A DNA stretch of 64,000 nt. Origin: Bilabrum cf. latius. Lineage: Eukaryota. Under the pieces are notes generated by a model. The model saw nothing but the letters and a program-made list of their open reading frames with translations. It searched no databases and was not told the DNA's origin. A program made the position numbers and the translations under genes. This document shows, one piece after another, positions 23,736 through 35,369 of the stretch (position 1 is its first letter; the number at the start of each line of letters is the position of its first letter). The DNA is taken from NCBI GenBank assembly GCA_965178125.1, contig OZ237772.1, positions 496,001-560,000 of the forward strand. Reading direction: 5' to 3'.

Positions 23736-25751
23736 ATGTTAAGGCCCTGTCGCTCGTGGAGAAGTGCTGCCACCCGCACGATTCGCGCCGGTGTGGTCGC
23801 AACTGGCTCCCTGGCTGCCACGGCTCGGATTTCATCGTGCGGAGCCCCGAAGTCTGGATCCTCTGGGCGTTGTATGTCAACTAGTGTGCTAGGATAGGAT
23901 GGCATCGCGCTGGGGGTGGATAGTAGCACGCAGGGCGTCAAGGTGGTGGCAATCGATTCCGCGCTCAAGATCGTCCACAGTACTGCGCTCCGATATGACG
24001 ACGACCTGCCTGAGTATGGAACCACCAATGCAGTGCACGAGGGACCGGAGCCGGGTGAAGTCACCCAGCCGACGGCCATGATCGCGGACGCCATAGATCG
24101 CGCCTTTATGCGCATGAAGGAGGAGGGTTTCCAGTTCGAGAGGGTGCGAGCAGTCAGCGGGAGCGGGCAGCAGCACGGGAGTGTCTACTGGGCTCGTGGT
24201 GCGGACGAGGGACTGGCCGCGATGGACCCGGGGCAGTCCGTGGCTGAGCAGCTGCCCGCGCTGCTGGCCCGTTCCCGCAGCCCGATCTGGATGGACTCCA
24301 GCACGCGGCCGCAGTGCAGTGCACTCGAGGAGGCCGCGGGGGGCCCCGAGGCGCTGGCTAGAGCCACGGGGTCCAGGGCATACGAGCGCTTCACGGGGAA
24401 CTAGGTGGCTCGGCTTGTGCGCGGGGGAGGTGCCCCTGGGTCCAGGAGCAGCAGCTCGGGTGCTGCTGGATCGGAGGGGCAGGGGCAGGGGCAGGCCGAT
24501 GGAGATGGCGCGGCTTTGGCGGATCGACTGTCCCGCGTGTCTCTGATCTCCTCCATGGGGGCCTCCTTGCTGGCGGGGCATGTGGCACCAATCGACTACA
24601 GCGACGGGAGCGGGATGAACCTGCTGGACATCCGGGGAACAGGGGACGGGAGCCAGGGCATCGAGTGGCTGGGCGAGGCACTGGAGGCCTGCGGGCCAGA
24701 GGGGGGCAACGGGGCGGATCGGCTGCGGGCGTGGCTTGGGGATCCGGTGCCCTCTCATGCCCCCGTTGCGGGGGAGGTGTCTGCCTTCTGCAGGGAGAGA
24801 TACGGATTCGGAGCCGATGTCACGGTGGCGGCGTGGTCTGGGGATAACCCCAACAGTGTGGCTGGCCTGAGGCTGTCACAGCCGGGTGAAATCGCCGTCT
24901 CGCTGGGCACCAGTGACACAATCTTCGGTATCGCGGGCGCGAGGGACGCTGCTCCGGGCCTTGAAGGACACGTGTTCGTGTCTCCCAGCGACCCAGCCTC
25001 CCGCATGCTGATGCTGTGCTACAAAAACGGGTCTTTGACACGGGAGCGAGTGCGGGACATGCACGCGGGTGGGTCCTGGGAGCACTTCAACGCCGCTCTG
25101 GAGAGGACTTCCCCAGGGAACAACGGGACCATCGGGTTCTTCGTGGACCACCCGGAGATCACGCCCCCGATCCAGGCCACTGGAGACAGGCTCTTTGACG
25201 GGCAGGGCAGGCGGGTGGACGTGCCCGTGGCGCCGGATGGCTTGCCGGCCGAGAGCCGCAAGCTGGCGGCCCCCATGCCGGGGGCCAAGGGAGAGATGGT
25301 GTCCCTGGAATCAGTGGGGGGCAGCGATGCCGTGGTGCGAGCCGTGGTGGAGTCCCAGTTCCTCAGCATGAAGGCACACGGGGCGGCGCTGGGCCTGCAC
25401 TCGCCCAAGCGAGTCCTCGTCACAGGCGGTGCCAGTGCCAACGAGGCAGTGACCCAGGTGCTGGCGGACGTGCTGGGGGCACCCGTGTACGCTGCTGACA
25501 CTGCCGACTCGGCGGCTTTGGGAGCAGCCTACCGTGCAGTGCACTCTAGGGCGTGCGTGCGGGAGGGCAATTTCGTTCCCCTGGAGCAAGCCCTGAGGGA
25601 GTGCGCGGCTGCAGCGGGGCGGGACGGGGAGCCGTCGGTGCGTCTGGTGGCCAAGCCCCGGCCCTAGGCGCAGCTGGTGTATGCTCAGATGGAGGAGGCC
25701 TTCAGGGCGAGAGAAGCCGTGGTGATGGGGGAGAAGCCAGCCAGGGGGTGA
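23736..25751 (+). CDS. XYLB: Xylulokinase (eukaryotic XYLB type, FGGY family), ~671 aa, with presequence-like N-terminus
   Basis: LGVDSSTQGVK, AVSGSGQQHGSVYW, SPIWMDSST, TGSRAYERFTGN*, SLISS, IDYSDGSGMNLLDI, GDNPNS, SLGTSDT, LCYKNGSLTRE, TGGASAN, SAALGAA. TAG at 23895, 24402 and 25665. Ends TGA at 25749. Confidence 0.93.
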
Positions 25752-25838
25752 TTTCAATGGATGGATCTGCGTCATGCATGCAAATAGGTTATGCTTGGAC
25801 ATCACAGAGTTTCAAGGTGTTGCGCAACAGGGTCTAGG

Positions 25839-27272
25839 TCAGTCACCACCCGCTGCACCCTTGGTTTGGTTCTCCTTCTCCCCCAAGAATCCCTCGAGAT
25901 CTGCCACTAAATCATCTTCGCTCTCGTCTCCATTGCCCTCTCCGTCCTGCGCGTCTGCTGCACCTGCACCTGGCTTTGGCTCCTCCTCCTCCTCGTCCAT
26001 CTGCCCCTCCACCTCCCCTCCCTCTGCCCCCTCCCCAGCACCCCCACTCGACTCCACTCCCAGCAGATCCTCATCCTCACCTTCATCTACCCCATCCCCA
26101 GCTGCAGTAGATCCGCTCGATCCGCCAGACGCGCCAGTGGCCTCCCCTCCCCCCGCGGATGCCTCCAAGTCCACGTCCAGAGCCAGCACCCCCCGAGCAT
26201 CTGCACCCCCTGTTGCGCCTACATCTTCATCTTCATCTCCATCCCCGCTGCACACCGCCAGAAGTACCTCGCATGCCCGCAGCAACTCCCCAGCAGCAGC
26301 GCCCTCCCCTTTCTCCACTGCGGGCCGCCCGTCCGAAGCCACCACTGGCTCAGGCTTGGAGCTGCCACCTCCCCCTTCCGCCACACCGGCAGCCTCGCAC
26401 AGCCTCTGCAGCCTGGCCCGCGCCTGCACCGCGAAGTCCCTCAGCTCCCTGAACTCAGTCGCAGACAAGCGGCAGGGAGGTACTGCTCTCTCCTCTGTCC
26501 GTCCTCCATCCTCCTCCTTGTCATCTTGCGCCCCGCTGGCACCGAGCAAGTGCCTGGCCCTCGCACGCTGGTCGGCCGGCGAGCAGCCGTCTGCAGGCGC
26601 AGCCGTGGCACTCGCATCGGCCGGGTCAAGGCCGCAGAGCGCTCTGGCCATGGACGCCAGGCGTGCACCTGTCACCTGGAGATCGCGCTGCAGCTTGGCA
26701 CGCGCTGCGATGAGCTCGGGGTCGGGAGTATCAGGCGATGGCGAAGCCTCTGGTCCTGCTTCCGAGATTGCAGCAAGCAACGAAGTGGCAGGACCCAGGC
26801 CAGCATCGGGGATAACTCCTTCATCGATGGCCTATCGAATAGCATCGTCTACCCCTAGTCTCTGCATGGCGTCCTTTGCTGGTGTGCCGGCTGTGTCGAC
26901 GAGTGTGTGGCAAAGCGCGACTGCTTTCTCTGCAACGTGCCCTTTCTTCGTCACAAGGGCGCTACACAGAGTATCAGCGATCACATCAGCCCTGTGGTGG
27001 TGTACTCAAGCATATGGTGGACATATGGTAGGAGGAAAGCATAAAGAATGCGTGCTTGCTAAGCACTATTCGCAGGTAGGCCATCGACCTGGTTCTCCGT
27101 TGTCCCAGCGTGATACGCTAGACTACTAGTACACTCAAAATCCTCACTGTGATGGATCACGCATGCAGGCGTCCATAAGCATCGTGGTGGAACTAGGATC
27201 TAGCGAATGGACATCACTGCCATCACTCAGAACAACCTTCTTTACTAGGTCTCGCAGGCTTTCCACGGCCAT
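25839..27272 (-). CDS. Putative VHS-(GAT) domain trafficking adaptor, TOM1/GGA-like (2 exons: 27272-27148, 26991-25839)
   Basis: Spliced model gives MAVESLRDLVKKVV...DACMRDPSQADVIADTLCSALVTKKGHVAEKAVALCHTLVDTAG (VHS-like helices), then KLQRDLQVTGARL (GAT-like) and an acidic tail. Intron 26992-27147; one TAG; ends TGA. Confidence 0.6.
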
Positions 27273-27566
27273 ATGCTGCTATCAAAGATTTATGTATGCT
27301 CTTTCTGTTGCGGCTACTTTGCAGTGTGGCTCTTCGGTACCAGTCACTAGGTTATTGAACAGAACATTCCCGGTCGTGTCCCAGGAACCCGGATCAATCA
27401 CAGACAAGCGCCCACGAACGCCCATTAAAGCCGCATTACTCTGCTGGAAACAACGGACTCTGAATGATGAACACACACTCATACGAACAAGCACGAAACC
27501 TTGCGACGCAGGCCACACATAGACTACCAGCCCGCAGGCCCGGTCCAATCCTCATCTGGCCGCGGC

Positions 27567-29333
27567 TCAGCCGTACACGACCTGCGCCAGGTTGCGCTCG
27601 TACAGCTCCTGCTTACCCGACTTGATGGCTGGCTCCCCGTTGTCCTGCACATACTTCCTCAGGTCCTCCAAAGTGACTCCCTCACCGCCGGTCTGCTCCA
27701 CCTTGGCACCCAGCCCATCGTCCCAGGACGAGTACCTCTGCTTCACGTCATCCAAAGTGACGCCCTTCTCGCGCATAGCCGCCGCATTCTTAAGACCAAG
27801 AGCCCACGCATCCATTGCCGCGATGTGCGCGATGAAGATGTCCTCCAAATCGGTGCTCTCCCGCCTCACCTTGCAGTCGAAGTTAAGGCCGCCAGAGTGC
27901 AGCCCGCCCTGCGCCAGCACGTGCAGCATCGACAGCGTCGTCCACTTGGCGTCCTGAGGGAACTCGTCCGTGTCCCAGCCGAGCAGCTCGTCTCCGGTGT
28001 TCGCGTCGATGGACCCCAGCATGCCGTACTGCGCCGCGATCATGATGTCGTGGTCGAACTGGTGCCCCGCCAGGGTGGTGTGGTTGGGCTCGATGTTGAG
28101 CTTGAACTCATTCTGCAAGCCGTACTGGTGCAAGAAGCCCATCGTGGTGGCGGCGTCGTAGTCGTACTGGTGCTTCATGGGCTCCTTGGGCTTGGGCTCC
28201 ACCAGCAGCTGGAAGGAACCGCCCAGGTCGTTCCTGCGCTGCACCACCATGCGGAAGAATGCAGCCGCATGGTCCAGCTCCCTCTTCACGTTGGTGTTGA
28301 TCGAGGACTGGTAGCCCTCTCTGCCCCCCCAGAAGACGAAGTTCTCCCCGCCCAGCTTGGTGTTCACCTCGAGCATCTTGTTCACGTTGGCGCCAGCGCG
28401 CGCGTACACGTGGAAATCGGGGCTGGTCATGCCTCCGTTCATGAATCGAGGGTCCGAAAACAGGTTGGTGGTGCTCCAGAGCAGCTTAGTGCCGGTCTCC
28501 TTCTGCTTGTTGTGCAGATACCCTGCCATGTGGTCCACGTTCTTCTCATAGTTGGACAGCTTGGCGTCATAGGGGGCCATGTCAGCGTCGTGGAAGGTGT
28601 AGTACTCCACGCCCAACTTGGAGAACAGCTCGAAGGCTGCGTCTGCGATGCGCTCGTACTCCCCCACGGTGTTGCTGTCGTCGTTCCAGGGCCTCTCCAT
28701 CGTGGGCATGCCGAAGATGTCGCGCCCCACCCAGCGGAAGGTGTGCCAGTAGCTGCGTTGGTAGGCAGAACGTACGGCATGTTGCAAATATTATTGACTT
28801 GTTATTGCAACTGGTTTGCACGCTCAGTAAGTCTTCGTTCAACCAAGCCACGCAGCAGGCACTCTACGGTAACAGCTGGATCTTGGGCACCAACATGCAA
28901 CTTCGGTCGATCCGTGCGCAGGGCTGATGCCGAGCGGGTACATGCCCTCACCATACTGCAAATCGCATATGCTCCTTCATGCTCTGCGGTTGTAAGGTGG
29001 AAAGAAACATCGAAGTGGACGAATGTGCAAGTAAATCGCAACGCCGGCGTGCTACGCGTCACGTGACGCGAGGCAGGAATGGCCTATTCATGCACGCCGG
29101 CCCGCTTGGCTCTCTTGAGAATTAAAGCAACATACCTTTCCTTCAATGATGGCTTCGGGATCGTAGTGGCGGAATGCCAAGGGGTTTGACGAGGACGCGC
29201 CCTCGTACTTGATCTGGCCGATCGAAGGGAAATACTGCCCGGATGACATCATGCGGATGGCTGAACGCCCACCGCTAACCATTCCCGAACGTGTCGACAG
29301 TCTAGAAGCAACAGACCGAGCAGCACGCATCAT
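27567..29333 (-). CDS. xylA: Xylose isomerase, class II, ~471 aa (3 exons: 29333-29136, 28983-28952, 28752-27567), with presequence-like N-terminus
   Basis: YFPSIGQIKYEG...NPLAFRHYD, MKEHMRFAVCYWHTF (restored by splicing), FHDADMAP, VFWGGREGY, EPKPKEPMKHQYD, LNIEPNHTTLAGH, GSIDAN, GWDTDEFP, GGLNFDCKVRRES. Introns 28984-29135 and 28753-28951. Ends TGA; no TAG codons. Confidence 0.96.
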
Positions 29334-29528
29334 GCTTGGGCTTTCTGTGCTGATGAAGTGGCGCAATCGTAAACTCGGATCTCGCTTTTTGGTAAGGTGC
29401 ACTTTTGGATGGCCCAGCGTGTTGCCGCATTGGTCATCCTGGAGGATGCTGCTGCTGTGCACTGAGTGTCACGTCGACACATTGGTTGCGAAACGCAAGC
29501 ATGCTAGTATTTCCCCCAATGCACTCAC

Positions 29529-32500
29529 TCAGTCCCATCTCGTGTGCATGGCCACGGCCTCCGCAGCCAGCTCGTCCGCCGCTCTCGCCTCGCGCCCCAG
29601 CCCCACGGCTGCCGCCTGCCCAGCCGCCTCCGTCCCCTCGCCCGCCGCAAGCACGGCAGCCTCCAGCGCAGCCAGAGCCGCGCGCCCCCGAGCCCTAGCC
29701 TGCGCCGCTGCCCCCGCGCCCCTCACTGGCACGGCCACCCCATGGAACCCACCCCCCGCTGCTCCTACACCTACACCTACCCCTACCCCTACCCCTACCC
29801 CACCGGGCTATCCACCCCCCCTGAAACCAGCCCCGCTCCGGTGCCCTCTTGACCCCCCCACCAGTGCCCGCTCCACCTCTGCATCCTCCCTCGCCCGACG
29901 GTCCAGAGCAGCAAGCCGCCCCCCCCCAGCACCCCCACCCTGGGGGGTGCGTCCCCTGACCCTCCCCCTCTTCCTCCGCTCCATCGCGGCCGTCGTGCGC
30001 TGGTGCGAAGGCACAGCCGCACCTCCACCAGTCGGACCCCCATCAGCACCCGTTCCCTCTCCCGCCCTGGATCCGCCCACAGGTGCCTGCCGCAGCGCGC
30101 TCCGCAGCTGGGTCATGGCTACTCGCAGCCGCCCCGCATCCCCCGCGATCTCCATCTAGGCCGCTGCCTCTCGGCTCAGCAGAGTGGAGGGCACGGCCCC
30201 TAGGGCCACGGGCTGTGCACCACCACGCAGTGCACCCGATCCGATCTCCCGGTCCTCCTCCTCGTCGCCCCCCATGGCTCCGCCCCCTGTCCAGTCCCGG
30301 ACCAGGCCACTCCCCTTCCCCGCACCCTCTTGCCAATCACTCGCCTCACCCTCCACAGAGTCCCCGGCCCGGACTCCCTCCGCCAGCGCCCGCCCAATTG
30401 CATGCGCCCCCAAACTGAATCCCATCCCCAGCCCCGCCCCATCAGCACCGGTCCCCTGCTCGGGTCCCCCGGGCCGCAGCCTCAGCCTCATGCCCCCGCC
30501 CTGCAGCCCCCTGTACTCCCTGCCCTCTGCCTCGGGCAGCATCGCGGACACCCTGCCACCCCCACCCTCTAGTGCCCCACCCGCACCCCCGCCCTGCGAG
30601 GCCAGACCCACCCGTCTCACGGGAGCCCCGCGCGCCTTCCCGCCCTAGCCACTGGACCGCTGCCCGCCCCCCGACCGCCCCAGTCTCGAGGACCGCAGCT
30701 CTGCTCTCATGCGCCTCACCTCCTCCTCGAGCGCAGCCGCAGCCTCCCGCTCCTCCTCTTCCGCCTCGTCGCCCACGTCCTCGGCACTCCCATTCCTGCC
30801 ATCGCCCGCCCCCCCTGCGCCCACAAGCGAAGCCCCAGCGCTGAAGCCCTCGTCCAGTGAAGCCACGCCCAGCCCCTCCAGCTGCGAGCTGCCCGCGGGA
30901 CCGACCTGCCCAGGTACTCCCGCCCCACTCCCACCCCCACCAGTGCCGTAGATGCCCTTGAGCGCCCGCCGCCGCGCCGCTTCCCCTGCACTGCGCCACT
31001 GCAGCCCAGTCAGTCCCCCTGCCCTCTCGTCCCCGACCCCGCGCATGCCCCTGGCACGAGCTCGCATCACGGCAGGCAGCAGGCCAGTGGCAGTCACGCG
31101 CGCCCCACCCTCCCCTGCTACCTCAAACTCGCTGTGCTGCGGCCCTGCAGCCCTGTCCTGCTTGCCCTCTGGCTGTACCCCCGCCCTTGTCCTTCGGCTG
31201 GGCGCGCTCCTCGTTCCCTCTCCCTCCGTGACCACGAGCACTTCTGCATCCCCCCCCAGCGTACCCCCCCCATGCCCGCCCCCAAGAGGGGCACCCTCCT
31301 CCCCTTTGGCCCGCCGCAGAGCCGCCCCCTGCAGCCCGGCCAGCAGCAGGGGATCTCTGGGCACATCGTCCAGCCCCTCATTGGAACCGGCAACGGACCT
31401 CATGCCCGCACTCTCGCCCATGCCCTAGCCCAACTCCTGCTCCATGCCCTAGCCTAACTCCTGGTCCTTGCCCTGGTCCTCCCACTGGGCGTCTGCCCGG
31501 GGTGTAGCATCCGAAGCCACAGCCTGACCTACCACCCTGCCCTTGCCCTTGCCCTTGCTCTAGCCCTTGCCCCTGCCCATCTCCTCCAGCCTCACCTCGG
31601 CAGATCTAGCTGCAATCGGGGTGTCCGTCAGCACCAGAACTGCCAGGGAAGGCAGTGCCAGCAGCCTGGCCACCTCCTGAGGCCGACCCACGGCGGCATG
31701 TGCAAGGGAAAGCCACTCGAGTTGGGGGAAGGCCACGGGGGACGGGACAGAGGGAGAGGGAGGCGACTTACCGTCCTCCACCGATTGCGCCTTCAGGGCA
31801 CCCTCGTCAGCGCCGGCCTCCACCTCCCAGGCCACCGGAGTGCAGTGCACCTTGGTCTTGCTCAGATCCAGTACGCGCAGGGAAGGCATCCCCGCCAGCA
31901 GCTGCCAGCCCCACTCCCATTCCCCTCTTCCCCCATCTCCATCATTCGCGGTGCCCTGTTGGCCTGTTGACTGCTGGCCCGCTCCCAGGGGGTTCTCCGA
32001 GACATCCAGCTCCTCCAGAGCGGGGAACAGAGGGACTCGACCGAGACCCGGGCTGGATGCCCCGGTCCCCCGCACGAGTGGTGGGTCCGTGACCTGTCCC
32101 CGTACCGCCTCCACCGCCCGCCTGCACCTGGCAGCAGAGGGCAACGACCGCATCCCGTTGCCGGCCAAAGACAGCCGCTGCAGCTGAGGCAGAGCCGCAA
32201 GCAAAGCCACGGCCCTGGGCTGCAGTGCATTGTAGGCCAGGCTGAGACGGCGTAGTGAACAAAAGGGAAGCGTGCTCCTGGGGGCTGTAGAGGGGTTGCT
32301 GCTCCCCGATGGGGGCAGTGGCACGGCGGGCAGCCTCACCCCCGCGAGCGAGTTGCAGTCGAGTGCGAGCTCCTGCAGCACGGGCAGCCTCGCCAGGGCA
32401 GAGAGCGGCAGGGCGTTGTCAGAGGCATCCAGCCGCTCGAGAGACGAGAAGAAACCCAGGTCCTGGGGAACAGCGTCCACCAGCCCCCGGCCGGACACGT

Positions 32501-33320
32501 CTGCCTGCACGGCCTCTCCCGGCAGCGCGCGCCCCGCCGCCTGCAGCAGCTGGAACCCATCCAGCACCCTGGGCCGCCTGCCTCCCAGGATGCGCTTCGT
32601 CGCGTCCCTCGGTGCACTCGTCACACCAGTGAGAGGGCCCGGGGCGGGAACACCGGCGCGTGGCCTAGGCTTTCTCCCTGGCCCCGGCCCAAGAGCCCCG
32701 CCCACCGACACAGCCTCCTGCTGCACCGGCCCTCTGGCGGGGCCACCGAGAGCCAGTCGGGCGCGGCTCTGGCTGCTTGGGCGGGAACTTGGAGGCGGGA
32801 CCAAACCCATCGATGATGCAGTGCCCATTCTGATCGCCTCTCTGCTGGCAGGTCCTGCGGCGGGCCGGCGCACGGGCACCGAGCGTCCCGCCCCTCGTAG
32901 CATGCCCTTGGCGGATGCTGCTCTGCTAGTGCCCGGCGGGCCGATGCCGCCCAGTCCGATTTTTAACTAGCTATCACGGTTCTATCGTAGCCTGCTGTCG
33001 ATAATCGCGGATCTGGCGAGCGCGTGGTGGGCGCGACCAGCGGCAAGCCTCGCGAGAGCAGCAGGGCTCGTAGCATCTGAGGGCGGTGGAATGGCCTGAT
33101 CAGCTCGAACCAGGACGCCTTCCAGAGGTGCTGCTGCATATGATTCCGATCGTAAATGGGCTATCCGATTATATCGAGATGCTTGCTATGCATGCAGCGA
33201 TGTGGGCATGAAGTCGGACTGTCTGGCCGGAGCTTCAGCGACTGTTGAAGGCAACTGATGCTAGTTCTACAATGTTCGCGAGCCGACTATGGTCGATCCA
33301 GCCAGCGATAGTCCATTCAT
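29529..33320 (-). CDS. ~1263-aa leucine-rich repeat protein, XRRA1-like
   Basis: VLDGFQLLQAAG...ADVSGRGL...SLERLDASDNAL...LQELALDCNSL and further LRRs. Five track ORFs in one frame joined by TAG; frame open upstream to ATG 33320 with only TAG. Ends TGA. Confidence 0.75.
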
Positions 33321-33457
33321 GCTGCCTTTCAGACAGAATCAGGTGAATCGGAGCCGGCCTTTCCGTTGCAACTTTTGGTTCGCTACGAACTTTCGCATGG
33401 CAAAAACTAAATCCCGCAGCAGGGACACGTCACACGATCGTTGACCGCTGCGCAAGC

Positions 33458-34978
33458 ATGCAGACAATTTCCACTACGCTGGTGCTTCTAGTATCGATTG
33501 GATGTAGAAGTGGTTCTGCAGCATCCGGGCCTTCCCTTGTTGCAAGCCTGAACGTGACATAGCCTGCCTTTCTGAACCTGCTGGACGGAATCTCCCCGGA
33601 TGGCGGCAAGGCCCTGGTAATGTCACAGTTTACTGGCAACCCGCTCGCAAAGGATAAACTTAGTGCGATATTTGATGTGGATCAGTACGCTAGCGCATCA
33701 AAATGGCCCAGTGCTCCAATTTCCGAGCTTACTGATGCGATCACGTGGCCCAACACTGTTGGGCTCCCGTCACCCGGCCAACTTGGGGATGGCTTCAAGG
33801 GTTTCATCAACAGCGGCGGCTTCTTAGTTCCCCCGAAGTGCGTGGGTGCAGTGTCCGCCGTGCAGATCGATTCCTCTGGCTCGGCGGAGGTATCTGTGCT
33901 CTCTGTGCCCAAGGGCAATGCATTCGCGGGAGGCTGGTTCTACCACATGGCGCTGCCCCTCGACGTAGATGGAGACGGGCTGGAAGATCTCATCACCGCC
34001 AGAGCCATCAAGCCGATCATCGGGCAGTCAGGGGGCGAGCTGGTTTGGCTTAAGCGGCCCGCGGGCGCCTCCCCCCTTGCCCCCTCCTCTCTGCCCTGGG
34101 AGGAGGCCGTGCTGGCCAACGGGACCGGCTCACCGGACGTGTTCTTCGCGTTCGTGTGCGAAGTGCCCTCGGCGGACGGGCCAGGGTCGCCCGCTCGGCT
34201 GGTGCTGCGAGGCGCAGGGAGCACTCGTCACACCGCTGGCTGCGCCGACCCGGTCGCGATGGTGCACACTGCCTTTTTCTCGGGAGAGGGGCTCTGGATC
34301 ACTGCCCCTAGGGCCCCTCGGGGAACAAAGGGGCGCTGGGCGAACGGGGCCATGCTGCAGCGCGTGCAGCTGGATGGGAGCATCGGGCAGTCCTTTGGCG
34401 TGCAGCTGGCTGACATCGACGGGCAGGGGCAGGGCGAGGGCGAGGGCGAGGGGTCGTCTCAGTCGCTGGAGCTTCTAGTGACCAACCACGTGGACAACGC
34501 CACGCTGGCGGGGGTGTACGCCTACCGGCTCAAGGCGGGGGCCAGCGACCCCCTGCAGCCCGCATCCTGGGAGCGTGCCGTGCTGACGAGTGGATTCACG
34601 GTGCGGATCCCCGGGCCCGGGCAGGCTGCCCCGGGAGCCGCGGCCGCGTTCACCCCGTGCAGCGGGGCTGCCGCGGAAGGTGCCCCTGCGGGTCTGACCA
34701 AGCCGTGGGTCGTGGTGGCAGGGGATGGGGACGAGCGCGTGTACCTGCTGTCTCCCCAGAGCCAGAAGCAGGAGCAGCAGCAGGAGCAGGAGCAGGGGGG
34801 TGAAGGATGGGCGCCTGCGTTCGACCGGAACCTGCTGTCCAACTGCGCGGGGACTACTGGTGCCCCCGTGGTTGGCGATTTGGACGGCGATGGTGCGCAG
34901 GAGGTGCTTGTTCCCTGCTATGACACGGGATTCGTGCAGCTCTGGAGCTTCAAGGATGCGTGCAGTGGCAGCGCGTGA
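33458..34978 (+). CDS. Secreted FG-GAP/VCBS-repeat (beta-propeller-like) protein, ~506 aa
   Basis: Signal peptide MQTISTTLVLLVSIGC; TAG at 33560 in frame; Ca-binding-type loops LDVDGDGLEDLI, LADIDG and GDLDGDGAQEVLV; ends TGA. Confidence 0.8.
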
Positions 34979-35369
34979 GGACGGGGTGCGGGTGGGCGCG
35001 GCGTCACGGCGCGGGACGAATTGGCCTGTTTGGGAGTGCCGAGATACCCTCACAGCAGAAAACTTGGGTTGATGGGCAGAGTCTGCCACCTGTGTGCCCG
35101 TCGCCTGCGCGCCTCTCTAGGGTGAATGGTCGCCCTCGGGAGCGTCCAGCGACGAGTGAAACATGACGTCGTGCGTAACGCTGTAGAATTCCCACGTTGA
35201 GATTCATTCTAAGCATACCATACTACCAGCACAGATTCAGTTTTTATTTGCATGCGCCGGTAGTGACGAGTATTTGGGAAGGTCGCAAACGTGTCCTGCT
35301 GCTGCCACTAGACCCACCTCGGTACGTTACGGTTGCGGGACGCCGCAGCTCTGGTCGAAACATTGCATC

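Noticed and set aside
23736-29333. Bacterial xylAB operon or contaminant contig
   Set aside because: The genes are convergent, xylA has GT-AG introns, the kinase is eukaryotic-type and uses TAG=Gln like its neighbours.
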